A stretch of 64,000 nucleotides of DNA from contig JAFURF010000009.1 of the NCBI GenBank assembly GCA_017471965.1, positions 7,972 through 71,971 of the forward strand. Reading direction: 5' to 3'. This DNA is from Bacteroidales bacterium. Lineage in GTDB: Bacteria; Bacteroidota; Bacteroidia; Bacteroidales; UBA932. The position numbers and the translations under genes were made by a program. This document shows positions 1-7,984 of the stretch, piece after piece. The first letter of the stretch is position 1. Each line of letters begins with the position of its first letter. The notes below the pieces were generated by a model. That model had not been told where the DNA came from. It was given only the letters and a program-made list of their open reading frames with translations, and did not search any database.

Positions 1-183
1 GAAACTGATGCCCAGGAAATACCCTATAAGGGGCATAAGTGCCTGAAAACCACCAAACCACAATCCGGTCAGAGCGACATGCTTCGGACGCAACCTTGAA
101 ACAGACAGTCCCTTGCATATCGCCACTGCAAAAGCATCCATAGACACTCCCACAGCAATCACCAGAAGTTCAGCAATTCCCAT
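1..183 (-). CDS. mntP: Manganese efflux pump MntP family protein (5' part; runs off window start)
   Basis: Not in ORF track; translated by hand from ATG at 183: MGIAELLVIAVGVSMDAFAVAICKGLS...LWFGGFQALMPLIGYFLG, with the MntP SMDAFAV and FQALMP motifs. Confidence 0.9.
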   Translation of the reverse strand, partial: MGIAELLVIAVGVSMDAFAVAICKGLSVSRLRPKHVALTGLWFGGFQALMPLIGYFLGISF

Positions 184-188
184 ATATG

Positions 189-998
189 TCAGAATTTAAC
201 CTTCAGGTTGGCAGCATTAAGTCCCCAGCACCAGTCCTGAACGACCACTACATCCTTTCCGTCCAGGTCAACAACATGCTGCATCTTATGAAGAAGAGTA
301 TGAGAGTGCCCGCCTACTATCACATCCACATTGCGTATCTGCGATGCAAGTTCCTTATCCTCCACATATCCGAGATGGCTCAGACAGATGACAAGGTCAC
401 ATTTCTTTTCATTCTTCAGATATTCGGCGTATCTGTTGACAGGAGCCACAGGATCCTGATAGACAAGTCCACCCAGCATTTCTGTTGAAACGACTTTGCT
501 GATGTCAGTAAGAAGACCTATTATACCTATCTTCAATCCCGCCCTCTTCACTATCACATATGGCTCCACAAGTATCTCCAAGGGTGTATCGGTGAAGTCA
601 TAGTTCGCACATACTACATCAGCCTTCAGACTGCGAAGCCTGCGGGACAGTTCCACCGGGCCATTGTCAAACTCATGATTTCCAAGGCATATGACATCAT
701 ATCCGAGAGCGTTCATCAGATCTATCTCGATATCTCCATGAAGTTCAGTAAAATACGAAGTCCCCTGGCTGAAGTCACCTGCATGAAGAAGAAGGACATT
801 CCTTTTTCCGTCAGCAAGTCTCACACTGTCAATATATGCAGCCTGTTCTATGATGCCACCACGTCCCTTGTAATCTCCCGCCCGCTCAGGGTCGACATGA
901 CTATGCGTATCATTGAAATGGACGATGGTCAGTTTCTGCGCATGGATATTGACACTCAGCAATATGGTCAATGCAACAAATACAATCTTCTTCATCAC
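189..998 (-). CDS. 5'-nucleotidase, N-terminal metallophosphoesterase subunit, signal peptide
   Basis: HFNDTHS, AGD, GNHEFD, SHLG, GGHSH metallophosphatase motifs. Confidence 0.9.
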   Translation of the reverse strand: MMKKIVFVALTILLSVNIHAQKLTIVHFNDTHSHVDPERAGDYKGRGGIIEQAAYIDSVRLADGKRNVLLLHAGDFSQGTSYFTELHGDIEIDLMNALGYDVICLGNHEFDNGPVELSRRLRSLKADVVCANYDFTDTPLEILVEPYVIVKRAGLKIGIIGLLTDISKVVSTEMLGGLVYQDPVAPVNRYAEYLKNEKKCDLVICLSHLGYVEDKELASQIRNVDVIVGGHSHTLLHKMQHVVDLDGKDVVVVQDWCWGLNAANLKVKF

Positions 999-1840
999 TT
1001 CTTCCTTTTATAGTCATTGATCACCACCCTGCCGTCCGTATGGTATTCGATAGGTCTTCCTGCGGCAGTCTCGGCATAGACATGCTCAAGAACGGCATCA
1101 ATGATGGCCACATCATCATAAACCGTCACAGACACAGCATCATGATCCAAAGAAAGATTGTCACCACCCTTCAGGAGGAAGGAAATAGTAGCGACTCCAT
1201 ATATCTTATCGTCATCGAGAGGCTCTCCGTCAATCTCCACCGAAAGCAACTTACCGCCTTCCGCCACTACCTTCACGCCACCGAGAACCTGAAATCTGTC
1301 TGCAGCCATGCCTTCCAGAATCTTTCTTATCTGCTTTCCCGTATGCTCGACATAAGCGAGGTAGTTCCTGAACGGGAACATCGAAAGCATATCGTCCAGG
1401 ATCAGTTCACCCTGAGGCATGTCGATCCTGATGCCTCCGAAATTCGTAATGCCCATATGGACCTTCCTGCCTGAAATCTGCTCGGTCTTCGCCATCAGGA
1501 TATCGATGAACCAGTTCGACAGGGCGCTCTCCGGATAAGATGCGGTCATCGGATTGGTAGAATATCCTATAGGCTCCTTTACACGTGCCATAGCCGGCTG
1601 TGCTTTCAAGACAACCCGGGCAGCCTTGGCCGTCGCCGATCTTCCGGAATATACAGAACCGTCAGGAGCAATATATCTACCACCCTTGAAAACGCCTACA
1701 GTCTGCGGAACATTATCCCTTGACGGAGCCACACATCCGGTCCGGGTTCCGTCCATAGGCACGGTCTCCCACTCATACTCCTGTCCCCGGAGCGAAGCAC
1801 TGCAGACTATTATCAGGATCAGTGACAATAATATTTTCAT
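995..1840 (-). CDS. 5'-nucleotidase C-terminal domain protein
   Basis: NFGGIR, MFPFRN, FLLKGGD motifs; overlaps the catalytic-subunit gene by 4 bp. Confidence 0.85.
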   Translation of the reverse strand: MKILLSLILIIVCSASLRGQEYEWETVPMDGTRTGCVAPSRDNVPQTVGVFKGGRYIAPDGSVYSGRSATAKAARVVLKAQPAMARVKEPIGYSTNPMTASYPESALSNWFIDILMAKTEQISGRKVHMGITNFGGIRIDMPQGELILDDMLSMFPFRNYLAYVEHTGKQIRKILEGMAADRFQVLGGVKVVAEGGKLLSVEIDGEPLDDDKIYGVATISFLLKGGDNLSLDHDAVSVTVYDDVAIIDAVLEHVYAETAAGRPIEYHTDGRVVINDYKRKK

Positions 1841-1849
1841 CTTTATAAA

Positions 1850-3211
1850 TTATTTCTGTTTCAGCCACTTCCACAAATCCTTGAAGGTAGTCTTCTTACC
1901 GAACATAAGAATACCGATCCTGTATATCTTGGCAGAAGCCCAACCGCATGCCAGGAATGTACCCACAAGAAGGACTACAGACAATACAAGTTCCCAGGTC
2001 GGCACTCCGAACGGAATACGGGCCAGCATCACGATAGGAGATGTGAATGGAATCATCGAGCCCCACCATACTATCTGACTGTCAGGTGCATTGAATGCAT
2101 AGAGGGCAACAAAGAAAGCAAGAATGAGAGGAATGGTCACAGGCATCTGCAGCTGATTGGTATCGGCTTCATTCTCTACAGCGGAACCGATCGCTGCAAA
2201 GAAAGATGCATAAAGGAGATATCCGAGTGCGAAATACACCACAAAGGCAATGATCATCTGCACCCAGTTGATATCCTTCAGAGTGCTGAGCACTGCTCCG
2301 AGACCTTCTTCCTGAGCCATGGTCTCCGTCATCTCAGTCACATCCACGCCACCCATCTGTGCAGTCATCTCCATCATCTGCTCTGTCTGTGCAGGGTCGC
2401 CCATCAATGAATCAAATCCGACAAACAATGAGAAACCGCCTACAAGCACGACAGTGAGGACTATCCAAAGCATGAACTGGGTCAGCGCCACACATGCGAC
2501 ACCGATGATCTTTCCGAACATGAGTTCAGTAGCCTTCACCGAAGACACCAGCACCTCGACAACGCGGCTCGCCTTCTCCTCGATCACGCTCTGCATGACC
2601 ATTCCGGAGAACATGGCGATGAACATATATATAATGATGGAAAGAATCATCGATATCAGCATATATACCTCTGAAGATGTGATCTTTTCCTCACCTTCGT
2701 CACCGATGGTATAGGTCGCCACAGAGACATCTGCCTTTACATCTTCCATGATCTGCTTGAGGTCACCCATCTCATAAAGGGAAATGCGGTAATCTTCCAC
2801 TGCCTCGCTCGCACGTGATGCGATCCTCTCCTTCATCTCCACACTCATCGGCTTCTCCGAATATGACGCTACTGTAACAGTCCTCGCAACGGTGTCAAGA
2901 GGAGAGACTACCACAAGGGCATCAAGTCCGAGTTCTTCGAACTTCACCTTCATGCTGTCCGGAGACTCTGCAGAATAATCCTCGAATGTGACAGCATCAC
3001 TGTTCTCAAGATAAGGGAGTACGAGGCCGGACTGATCGACGACTGCAAACTTCTTGCCCTCATCCTTTGCCATGAACATGATCACGCTCGGCAGGATGCA
3101 CATTGCCGCAAAAAGCACAGGCACAAGGAAAGTCGTAAGAAGGAAAGATTTCTTCTTTACACGTGTCAGATACTCCCTTGATATAATGGTATTTATATTT
3201 CTCATCTTCAT
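1850..3211 (-). CDS. ABC-2 type transporter permease (NatB/YhaP-like)
   Basis: REYLTRVKKKSF, IEEKASRVVEVLVSS, GKIIG, IPFTSP; multiple TM segments. Confidence 0.9.
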   Translation of the reverse strand: MKMRNINTIISREYLTRVKKKSFLLTTFLVPVLFAAMCILPSVIMFMAKDEGKKFAVVDQSGLVLPYLENSDAVTFEDYSAESPDSMKVKFEELGLDALVVVSPLDTVARTVTVASYSEKPMSVEMKERIASRASEAVEDYRISLYEMGDLKQIMEDVKADVSVATYTIGDEGEEKITSSEVYMLISMILSIIIYMFIAMFSGMVMQSVIEEKASRVVEVLVSSVKATELMFGKIIGVACVALTQFMLWIVLTVVLVGGFSLFVGFDSLMGDPAQTEQMMEMTAQMGGVDVTEMTETMAQEEGLGAVLSTLKDINWVQMIIAFVVYFALGYLLYASFFAAIGSAVENEADTNQLQMPVTIPLILAFFVALYAFNAPDSQIVWWGSMIPFTSPIVMLARIPFGVPTWELVLSVVLLVGTFLACGWASAKIYRIGILMFGKKTTFKDLWKWLKQK

Positions 3212-3213
3212 AA

Positions 3214-4128
3214 TTATTCCTCCTCTGTTACAAGTTTGATGAATATATCGTTCATCCTAGGCACAAGTTCCTTGAATGAATTCACTGCCACTCCCTGCGC
3301 AAGAATCTCCTTCAGAGCCTCATTGGTCTCGGATTCCTTGTCAAGGGCGAGAACTGCAGTATGTCTTCCTGCATCATCCTGATCGGAAAGCACAGAGAAC
3401 ACACCTGCCACGGGACGAAGTTCCTGGGCTGAAGTGTACACAAGTTCGACGTTGTTGTTGCCGTATTTGTGACGGATTTCATCCACACCTCCAGTTATCA
3501 CCAGATGCGACTTGTTTATGAGCGCGATGTTGTCGCAGAGTTCCTCGACAGACTCCATGTTGTGCGTAGAAAGTATGATGGTGGCACCTTCTTCCTTCAG
3601 ACGCAGGATCTCTTCGCGGATGATCTGCGCATTGACCGGGTCAAATCCTGAGAACGGTTCGTCAAGAATAAGGAGTGAAGGCTTATGGACAACAGTAGTG
3701 ATGAACTGGACCTTCTGGGCCATACCCTTTGACAGTTCCTCCACCTTCTTGTTCCACCAGCTCTCTATGCCGAACCTGACAAACCACTTCTTGAGTTCCT
3801 GCGCTGCCTCTCTGGATGACATACCCTTCAGACGCGCGAAATACATGGCCTGTTCGCCGACCTTCATCTTGCGATAGAGGCCACGTTCCTCCGGCAGATA
3901 ACCTATCTTCTCCACATCATCCTGAGTGATCTGACGGCCGTTGAAAAGTACCTCTCCTCCATTCGGAATGGTAATGCGGTTGATGATTCGTATAAGAGTG
4001 GTCTTTCCTGCACCGTTAGGTCCGAGAAGACCGAAAATCTTTCCTTTCGGGATGTCAACCGAAACATGATCAAGAGCGACTTTCTCGCCGAAACTCTTGC
4101 AGACATCTTTACATTGTATCAAACCCAT
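3214..4128 (-). CDS. ABC transporter ATP-binding protein (NatA/YhaQ-like)
   Basis: Walker A GPNGAGKTT, LSKGM signature, LDEPFSG. Confidence 0.93.
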   Translation of the reverse strand: MGLIQCKDVCKSFGEKVALDHVSVDIPKGKIFGLLGPNGAGKTTLIRIINRITIPNGGEVLFNGRQITQDDVEKIGYLPEERGLYRKMKVGEQAMYFARLKGMSSREAAQELKKWFVRFGIESWWNKKVEELSKGMAQKVQFITTVVHKPSLLILDEPFSGFDPVNAQIIREEILRLKEEGATIILSTHNMESVEELCDNIALINKSHLVITGGVDEIRHKYGNNNVELVYTSAQELRPVAGVFSVLSDQDDAGRHTAVLALDKESETNEALKEILAQGVAVNSFKELVPRMNDIFIKLVTEEE

Positions 4129-4146
4129 GTCAATATAATTTAATTA

Positions 4147-5187
4147 CTACACATTCAATATCTTCGCAGTCAGTTCCACCATCAACTGCGCCGGTGTCGC
4201 CTCTCCGACATCTCCACCTTTGCCCTTGAAATCATACTCCTTCAGCAATGCAATCACTGCCATGCATTTCTTCACAGGGTAGTTCCTTACAGCAGTGTCA
4301 TATTCACTGAAGAAGTACGGATTGACTCCCAGCACCTTGGCCTTCTTATCATTTCCCGGACGAGGATCGCTCATAAGCAGCGCATTGTACTTCAGGATCC
4401 TGTAGAAATGGGTATATAGGGCGCTGACAGCCATAGGCATCGCAAATTTGGCGGCAGAACCGATGTAAGAAGCAATCCTGAGCGCCTTTGCCGAATTCTT
4501 CATGGAAAGTTCCTTGGTCAGTTCAAATATGCTGAACTGTCTGCTTATCCCGACATTCTTCTCGATATCGGAAACACTCACCTCTGAAACTCCTTCAGGA
4601 AGATTCTTGAGCATCTTTTCCGTCTCCACTGCAATCTTGTTGAGATCGGTTCCTGCATGCTCAGCCAGAAGCGCGGCTGCATCAGGAGTGATCCTCATTC
4701 CCCTGCCTTGAAAGAACATAGATATCCATCTTGGCATCTCATAATCCCTCAATGCGGAAGAGTCCACGACAACACCCATCTTGGACACCGTCTTATATAG
4801 AGACTTCCTCTTGTCGGCAGAAGCACCATGCATGGCTATGACAAGCACTGTCGACTCCAATGGCTTCTGACAGTAGACTGCCAGGTCCTCAAGGGTCTTC
4901 ATCATCTGAGCCTCCTTGACGACTACAAGTTGCCTGTCAGCAAACATCGGGTAACGCCTCGCCGCAGTAATCACTGCATCCGCATCCACATCGGCACCAT
5001 AACAGACAGTCTGATTGAAATCCCGTTCACTCTCATCAAGACAATGCTCAAGAATCTCGTCACACACCATATCCACATAATAGGGCTCATCGCCCATCAG
5101 AAGATAGACGCTCTTGAAAATGCCTGCACGGACATCCTTAACTATATCCCGACAAAGGGAGTCGGTCTCTACAAAGCCTTTTGCCAT
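4147..5187 (-). CDS. holA: DNA polymerase III delta subunit
   Basis: VYLLMGDEPYY, RDFNQTVCYG, YPMFADRQLVVVKEAQ, VGISRQFSIFEL; start moved to 5187 because a TACCTTTG promoter lies at 5194-5201 (-). Confidence 0.9.
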   Translation of the reverse strand: MAKGFVETDSLCRDIVKDVRAGIFKSVYLLMGDEPYYVDMVCDEILEHCLDESERDFNQTVCYGADVDADAVITAARRYPMFADRQLVVVKEAQMMKTLEDLAVYCQKPLESTVLVIAMHGASADKRKSLYKTVSKMGVVVDSSALRDYEMPRWISMFFQGRGMRITPDAAALLAEHAGTDLNKIAVETEKMLKNLPEGVSEVSVSDIEKNVGISRQFSIFELTKELSMKNSAKALRIASYIGSAAKFAMPMAVSALYTHFYRILKYNALLMSDPRPGNDKKAKVLGVNPYFFSEYDTAVRNYPVKKCMAVIALLKEYDFKGKGGDVGEATPAQLMVELTAKILNV

Positions 5188-5291
5188 AGCCGACAAAGGT
5201 AATGCAATTTTCATAATATTCCATCTTTTGAAGCACCATTCTACAGCACGAGATACAATGAAATACCATAAATAATATGATAGGAATCAGA

Positions 5292-5338
5292 TTAATATGC
5301 AATTCATCAGATTTTTCCATTATCATATTGCATATTAA
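5292..5338. promoter_or_regulatory. Perfect 12-bp inverted repeat with 23-bp spacer over the upstream promoter region
   Basis: TTAATATGCAAT (5292-5303) / ATTGCATATTAA (5327-5338). Confidence 0.55.
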
Positions 5339-5357
5339 GAAAAAACATATACCTTTG
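5327..5357 (+). promoter_or_regulatory. Bacteroidetes housekeeping promoter for the peptide-fimbrillin unit
   Basis: -7 element TACCTTTG (5350-5357) matches TAnnTTTG; ATTG at 5327-5330 is a possible -33. Confidence 0.75.
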
Positions 5358-5395
5358 CACGGATTTAATCACACCACACTACACCACAGATGTTT

Positions 5396-5534
5396 TCCTC
5401 AATGGCATGCATCAAGGAAAGAAACAATTAAACACAACAATAACTAACAACAATTCAATTATGGAAAAGAAAATCTATGAGGCTCCAATGACCGAAGTCA
5501 TGGAGATCGAATCAGAAGGCATCCTCTGTGGATC
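5396..5534 (+). repeat. 139-bp inverted repeat, left copy (IRL)
   Basis: Reverse complement of 9838-9976 with one mismatch (5430). Confidence 0.97.
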
Positions 5535-5592
5535 TGTCCAGGACCTGAACGGAAACTCTATCGGAGGTTATGGTGACGAATTAAATTGGTAA
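5461..5592 (+). CDS. 43-aa peptide upstream of fimbrillin-like gene: MEKKIYEAPMTEVMEIESEGILCGS + VQDLNGNSIGGYGDELNW
   Basis: A-rich region before ATG 5461; first 25 aa identical to 9801-9911; YxxP...ILCGS pattern. Confidence 0.75.
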   Translation: MEKKIYEAPMTEVMEIESEGILCGSVQDLNGNSIGGYGDELNW

Positions 5593-5614
5593 ACAGTCTA
5601 AAACATCAAGAATC

Positions 5615-7501
5615 ATGAAAAGAATTTATTCATTTATGTTTGCGGCTGTAGCAATCTTCGCAGCCGCTTCATGCCAGAAGGAAATGGCAAATGAGCCACT
5701 TGAGAACAATGGTGGCGAGCAGTACACATTCAGTGCAACCATTCTCGAGACAAAGACCGTCCTCGCAGAAGGCAATAAGGTAAACTGGTCTGTAGGTGAT
5801 AATATCTCTGTATTTGACGCTGATGGAAAAGCGGTTACATTTACAGGACAGCATACTCAGGTCTCAGCAACAGCAGATTTCTCTGCTCAAGCAAATGATT
5901 ATACACCAGCAGATAATGCGTATGCAGTTTTCCCTGTAAAAGGTGATGCAACCATGACTGATGGAGTAGTTGGCATACTTAGAGTAGGAGGCGACCAGAA
6001 AGCAGTTGCAGGTAGTTTTGATCCGGAATTTGCATATCTGCTAGGAACCGAGAGCCAACCAAACACGCTAGCCTTCAAAAATATTCATAGCCTTGTGAAA
6101 TTTACAATCGGAGGTGAGACAGCACCATCAAAAGTCACTCTCGAAAATAAGGGTTCAAGAAACATTGCCGGTCAATTCAAATATAACACTCTTGCAGAAG
6201 AAAGCCCGGTTATTCAGACAGATGATAAGGGAAACGTTTTGCCGGGAGCCAAAACAATCAATCTTACACCAAAGGCTGGAGAATCATTTGAAGTAGGTAA
6301 GACTTATTACATTGTAGTTATCGGTGGTGGAAACTTTGCAAACATCGATCTTAAATTTGACGATACTGTTGTCAAGACTGTTTCAGGAGCAAAATACGCA
6401 GACGCATCAAACAATTATCTTGTCGGCAAGATCATCAATTTCGGAACAGTGAAATTCCCTGAAGTAACAGAAGAGCCTGTAGAATCGGCTATCAACGTAA
6501 CCAGAGTATGGGGACACTACGGGGAAGGTTCAACTGCATGGTCCAATTCATTAGTGTCATCCCTTGATGGTAATGACCGTAACCTTGCAATGGATGATGA
6601 ATATATCTACATACCTGAAACAAACCAATCTGGAAACATCCATAAATTCAAGGTTTCAGACGGATCATATGCTGGAACTCTTCCAATCATTGAGGATTTG
6701 AAAACTGCTACTCATTATACTTCATGTGTTAGAATGGTGAAGAATTCCGATCCTGAAATTAATGGTGGAAAAGATGTACTGGTGGTATGCAATCTTGCTT
6801 TATCCGGAGAAACATTGGTATTTGCTGCATATGAAAATGGCACTGCAAATGCTCCAGTAAAAATATGGTCTAAAGAAAACGGAGCAAATCGAAGATTTGG
6901 TGACAAATTCTCGGTCTACGGCGATTATAAAACAGCACAATACTGGGTTCGCACTTTCCAGGGCGGAGACACAATGACAGCAATTGTATGGCCTGGAAAC
7001 GGCTTTACTTGGCTTGAACCTAGTCGTAAAGATACTAATGATGATGCAAATACAATAGGTGAACTTGCATGGTACCCAGGACAAGCATCTTACTGCTTGA
7101 TTTCTACTACATCTTCTATCGGAGCACATCTGATGGATGGTGGTTCAGAGATTAAGACGTATCCGGCCCTTGCTAAGACATTTGGATATAATTTCTTTGA
7201 GGCAGCAGGCGAAAAATTCGTGGCATGGACGTCACTGATTAAAGGAAATGATAAACCACGCCTTCAGATTGTACAGTCTGATGCTAGCACATTAGCAAAA
7301 ATGCAGGATACATTCGATAATCTCGCAACCAGACTCGTATACGAGGCTCCGCTTCAGAATGCCGACGAAATGGATACTGCAGGAGTAGGTGGTGATAACA
7401 CAGTATGTGACTGCTGCGTCCGCGAGATTAATGGAGAAATCTATATTGCTGCTATGGCACAAAAGGCGGGCTTGTCCCTCTTCAAGGTTTCTGCAAAATA
7501 A
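5615..7501 (+). CDS. Fimbrillin-like (type V pilus-like) surface lipoprotein with probable C-terminal beta-propeller, variant A
   Basis: Lipobox AAAS-C20 then QKEMANE; ETKTVL, WSVGDNISVF, FKNIHSLVKFTI, GKTYYI; paralog of 7985-9781. Confidence 0.75.
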   Translation: MKRIYSFMFAAVAIFAAASCQKEMANEPLENNGGEQYTFSATILETKTVLAEGNKVNWSVGDNISVFDADGKAVTFTGQHTQVSATADFSAQANDYTPADNAYAVFPVKGDATMTDGVVGILRVGGDQKAVAGSFDPEFAYLLGTESQPNTLAFKNIHSLVKFTIGGETAPSKVTLENKGSRNIAGQFKYNTLAEESPVIQTDDKGNVLPGAKTINLTPKAGESFEVGKTYYIVVIGGGNFANIDLKFDDTVVKTVSGAKYADASNNYLVGKIINFGTVKFPEVTEEPVESAINVTRVWGHYGEGSTAWSNSLVSSLDGNDRNLAMDDEYIYIPETNQSGNIHKFKVSDGSYAGTLPIIEDLKTATHYTSCVRMVKNSDPEINGGKDVLVVCNLALSGETLVFAAYENGTANAPVKIWSKENGANRRFGDKFSVYGDYKTAQYWVRTFQGGDTMTAIVWPGNGFTWLEPSRKDTNDDANTIGELAWYPGQASYCLISTTSSIGAHLMDGGSEIKTYPALAKTFGYNFFEAAGEKFVAWTSLIKGNDKPRLQIVQSDASTLAKMQDTFDNLATRLVYEAPLQNADEMDTAGVGGDNTVCDCCVREINGEIYIAAMAQKAGLSLFKVSAK

Positions 7502-7526
7502 TCAGATCACAAATTTCGTATAATTA

Positions 7527-7570
7527 TGGCGAGGTATACATCACGGTATGCCTCGCCAGATTATATTTTA
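7527..7570 (+). terminator. Intrinsic terminator after variant A
   Basis: TGGCGAGGTATAC-ATCACG-GTATGCCTCGCCA followed by a T-rich tract. Confidence 0.7.
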
Positions 7571-7717
7571 GGGAATGATATACTTGTCTACACTCGCCTT
7601 CGAACAGAATTGGGGGCGACATTACTTCATCTGCCAGCAGTGTAGGCTGCTCCTTCGCCATTTCTGCACCTTATAACATCCAAGGTGGTATTCTGTTTTT
7701 AAACAGTTCTCCGGTCA

Positions 7718-7829
7718 GAATCAAAAAATCGCACGATTATTTGATTCTTATGCCTGTTTTGTGGAAAAAGAGTGGGTTTTATCCAATTATTTTCATTTGG
7801 AATCAAAAAACAGGAGGATTTTTTGATTC
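7718..7829. repeat. Two 30-bp 11-8-11 palindromes (7718-7747, 7800-7829)
   Basis: GAATCAAAAAA-TCGCACGA-TTATTTGATTC and GAATCAAAAAA-CAGGAGGA-TTTTTTGATTC. Confidence 0.75.
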
Positions 7830-7927
7830 TGGCTGGGATATCATGACAGATTGTGTAAACATGTATAGCATTACCTAACATTTAGTGTAAATCAGGATAG
7901 CAGCAAGTTTTGGCTTGAGTGTAATTG

Positions 7928-7972
7928 CTAAAAACCCGAGACCCTCCGTTGTGGAAAGCCTCGGGTTTTTAG
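7928..7972. terminator. Bidirectional intrinsic terminator after variant B
   Basis: CTAAAAACCCGAG...CTCGGGTTTTTAG. Confidence 0.8.
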
Positions 7973-7984
7973 ATGAGAGACGCG

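Noticed and set aside
184-188. yybP-ykoY manganese riboswitch upstream of mntP
   Set aside because: Only 5 bp separate mntP from the upstream gene; there is no room
189-1840. Split 5'-nucleotidase as a frameshifted pseudogene
   Set aside because: Both halves have their own signal peptides, and the two-gene layout is normal in Bacteroidetes
5407-5460. Longer starts for the small peptides (ORF track 5407 and 10043)
   Set aside because: The extension reads through A/C-rich leader sequence; ATG 5461/9911 has the typical A-rich context
5461-5592. Lasso peptide/RiPP cluster suggested by the YxxP motif
   Set aside because: No RRE, peptidase, cyclase or radical SAM gene nearby; the neighbours are fimbrillin-like lipoproteins
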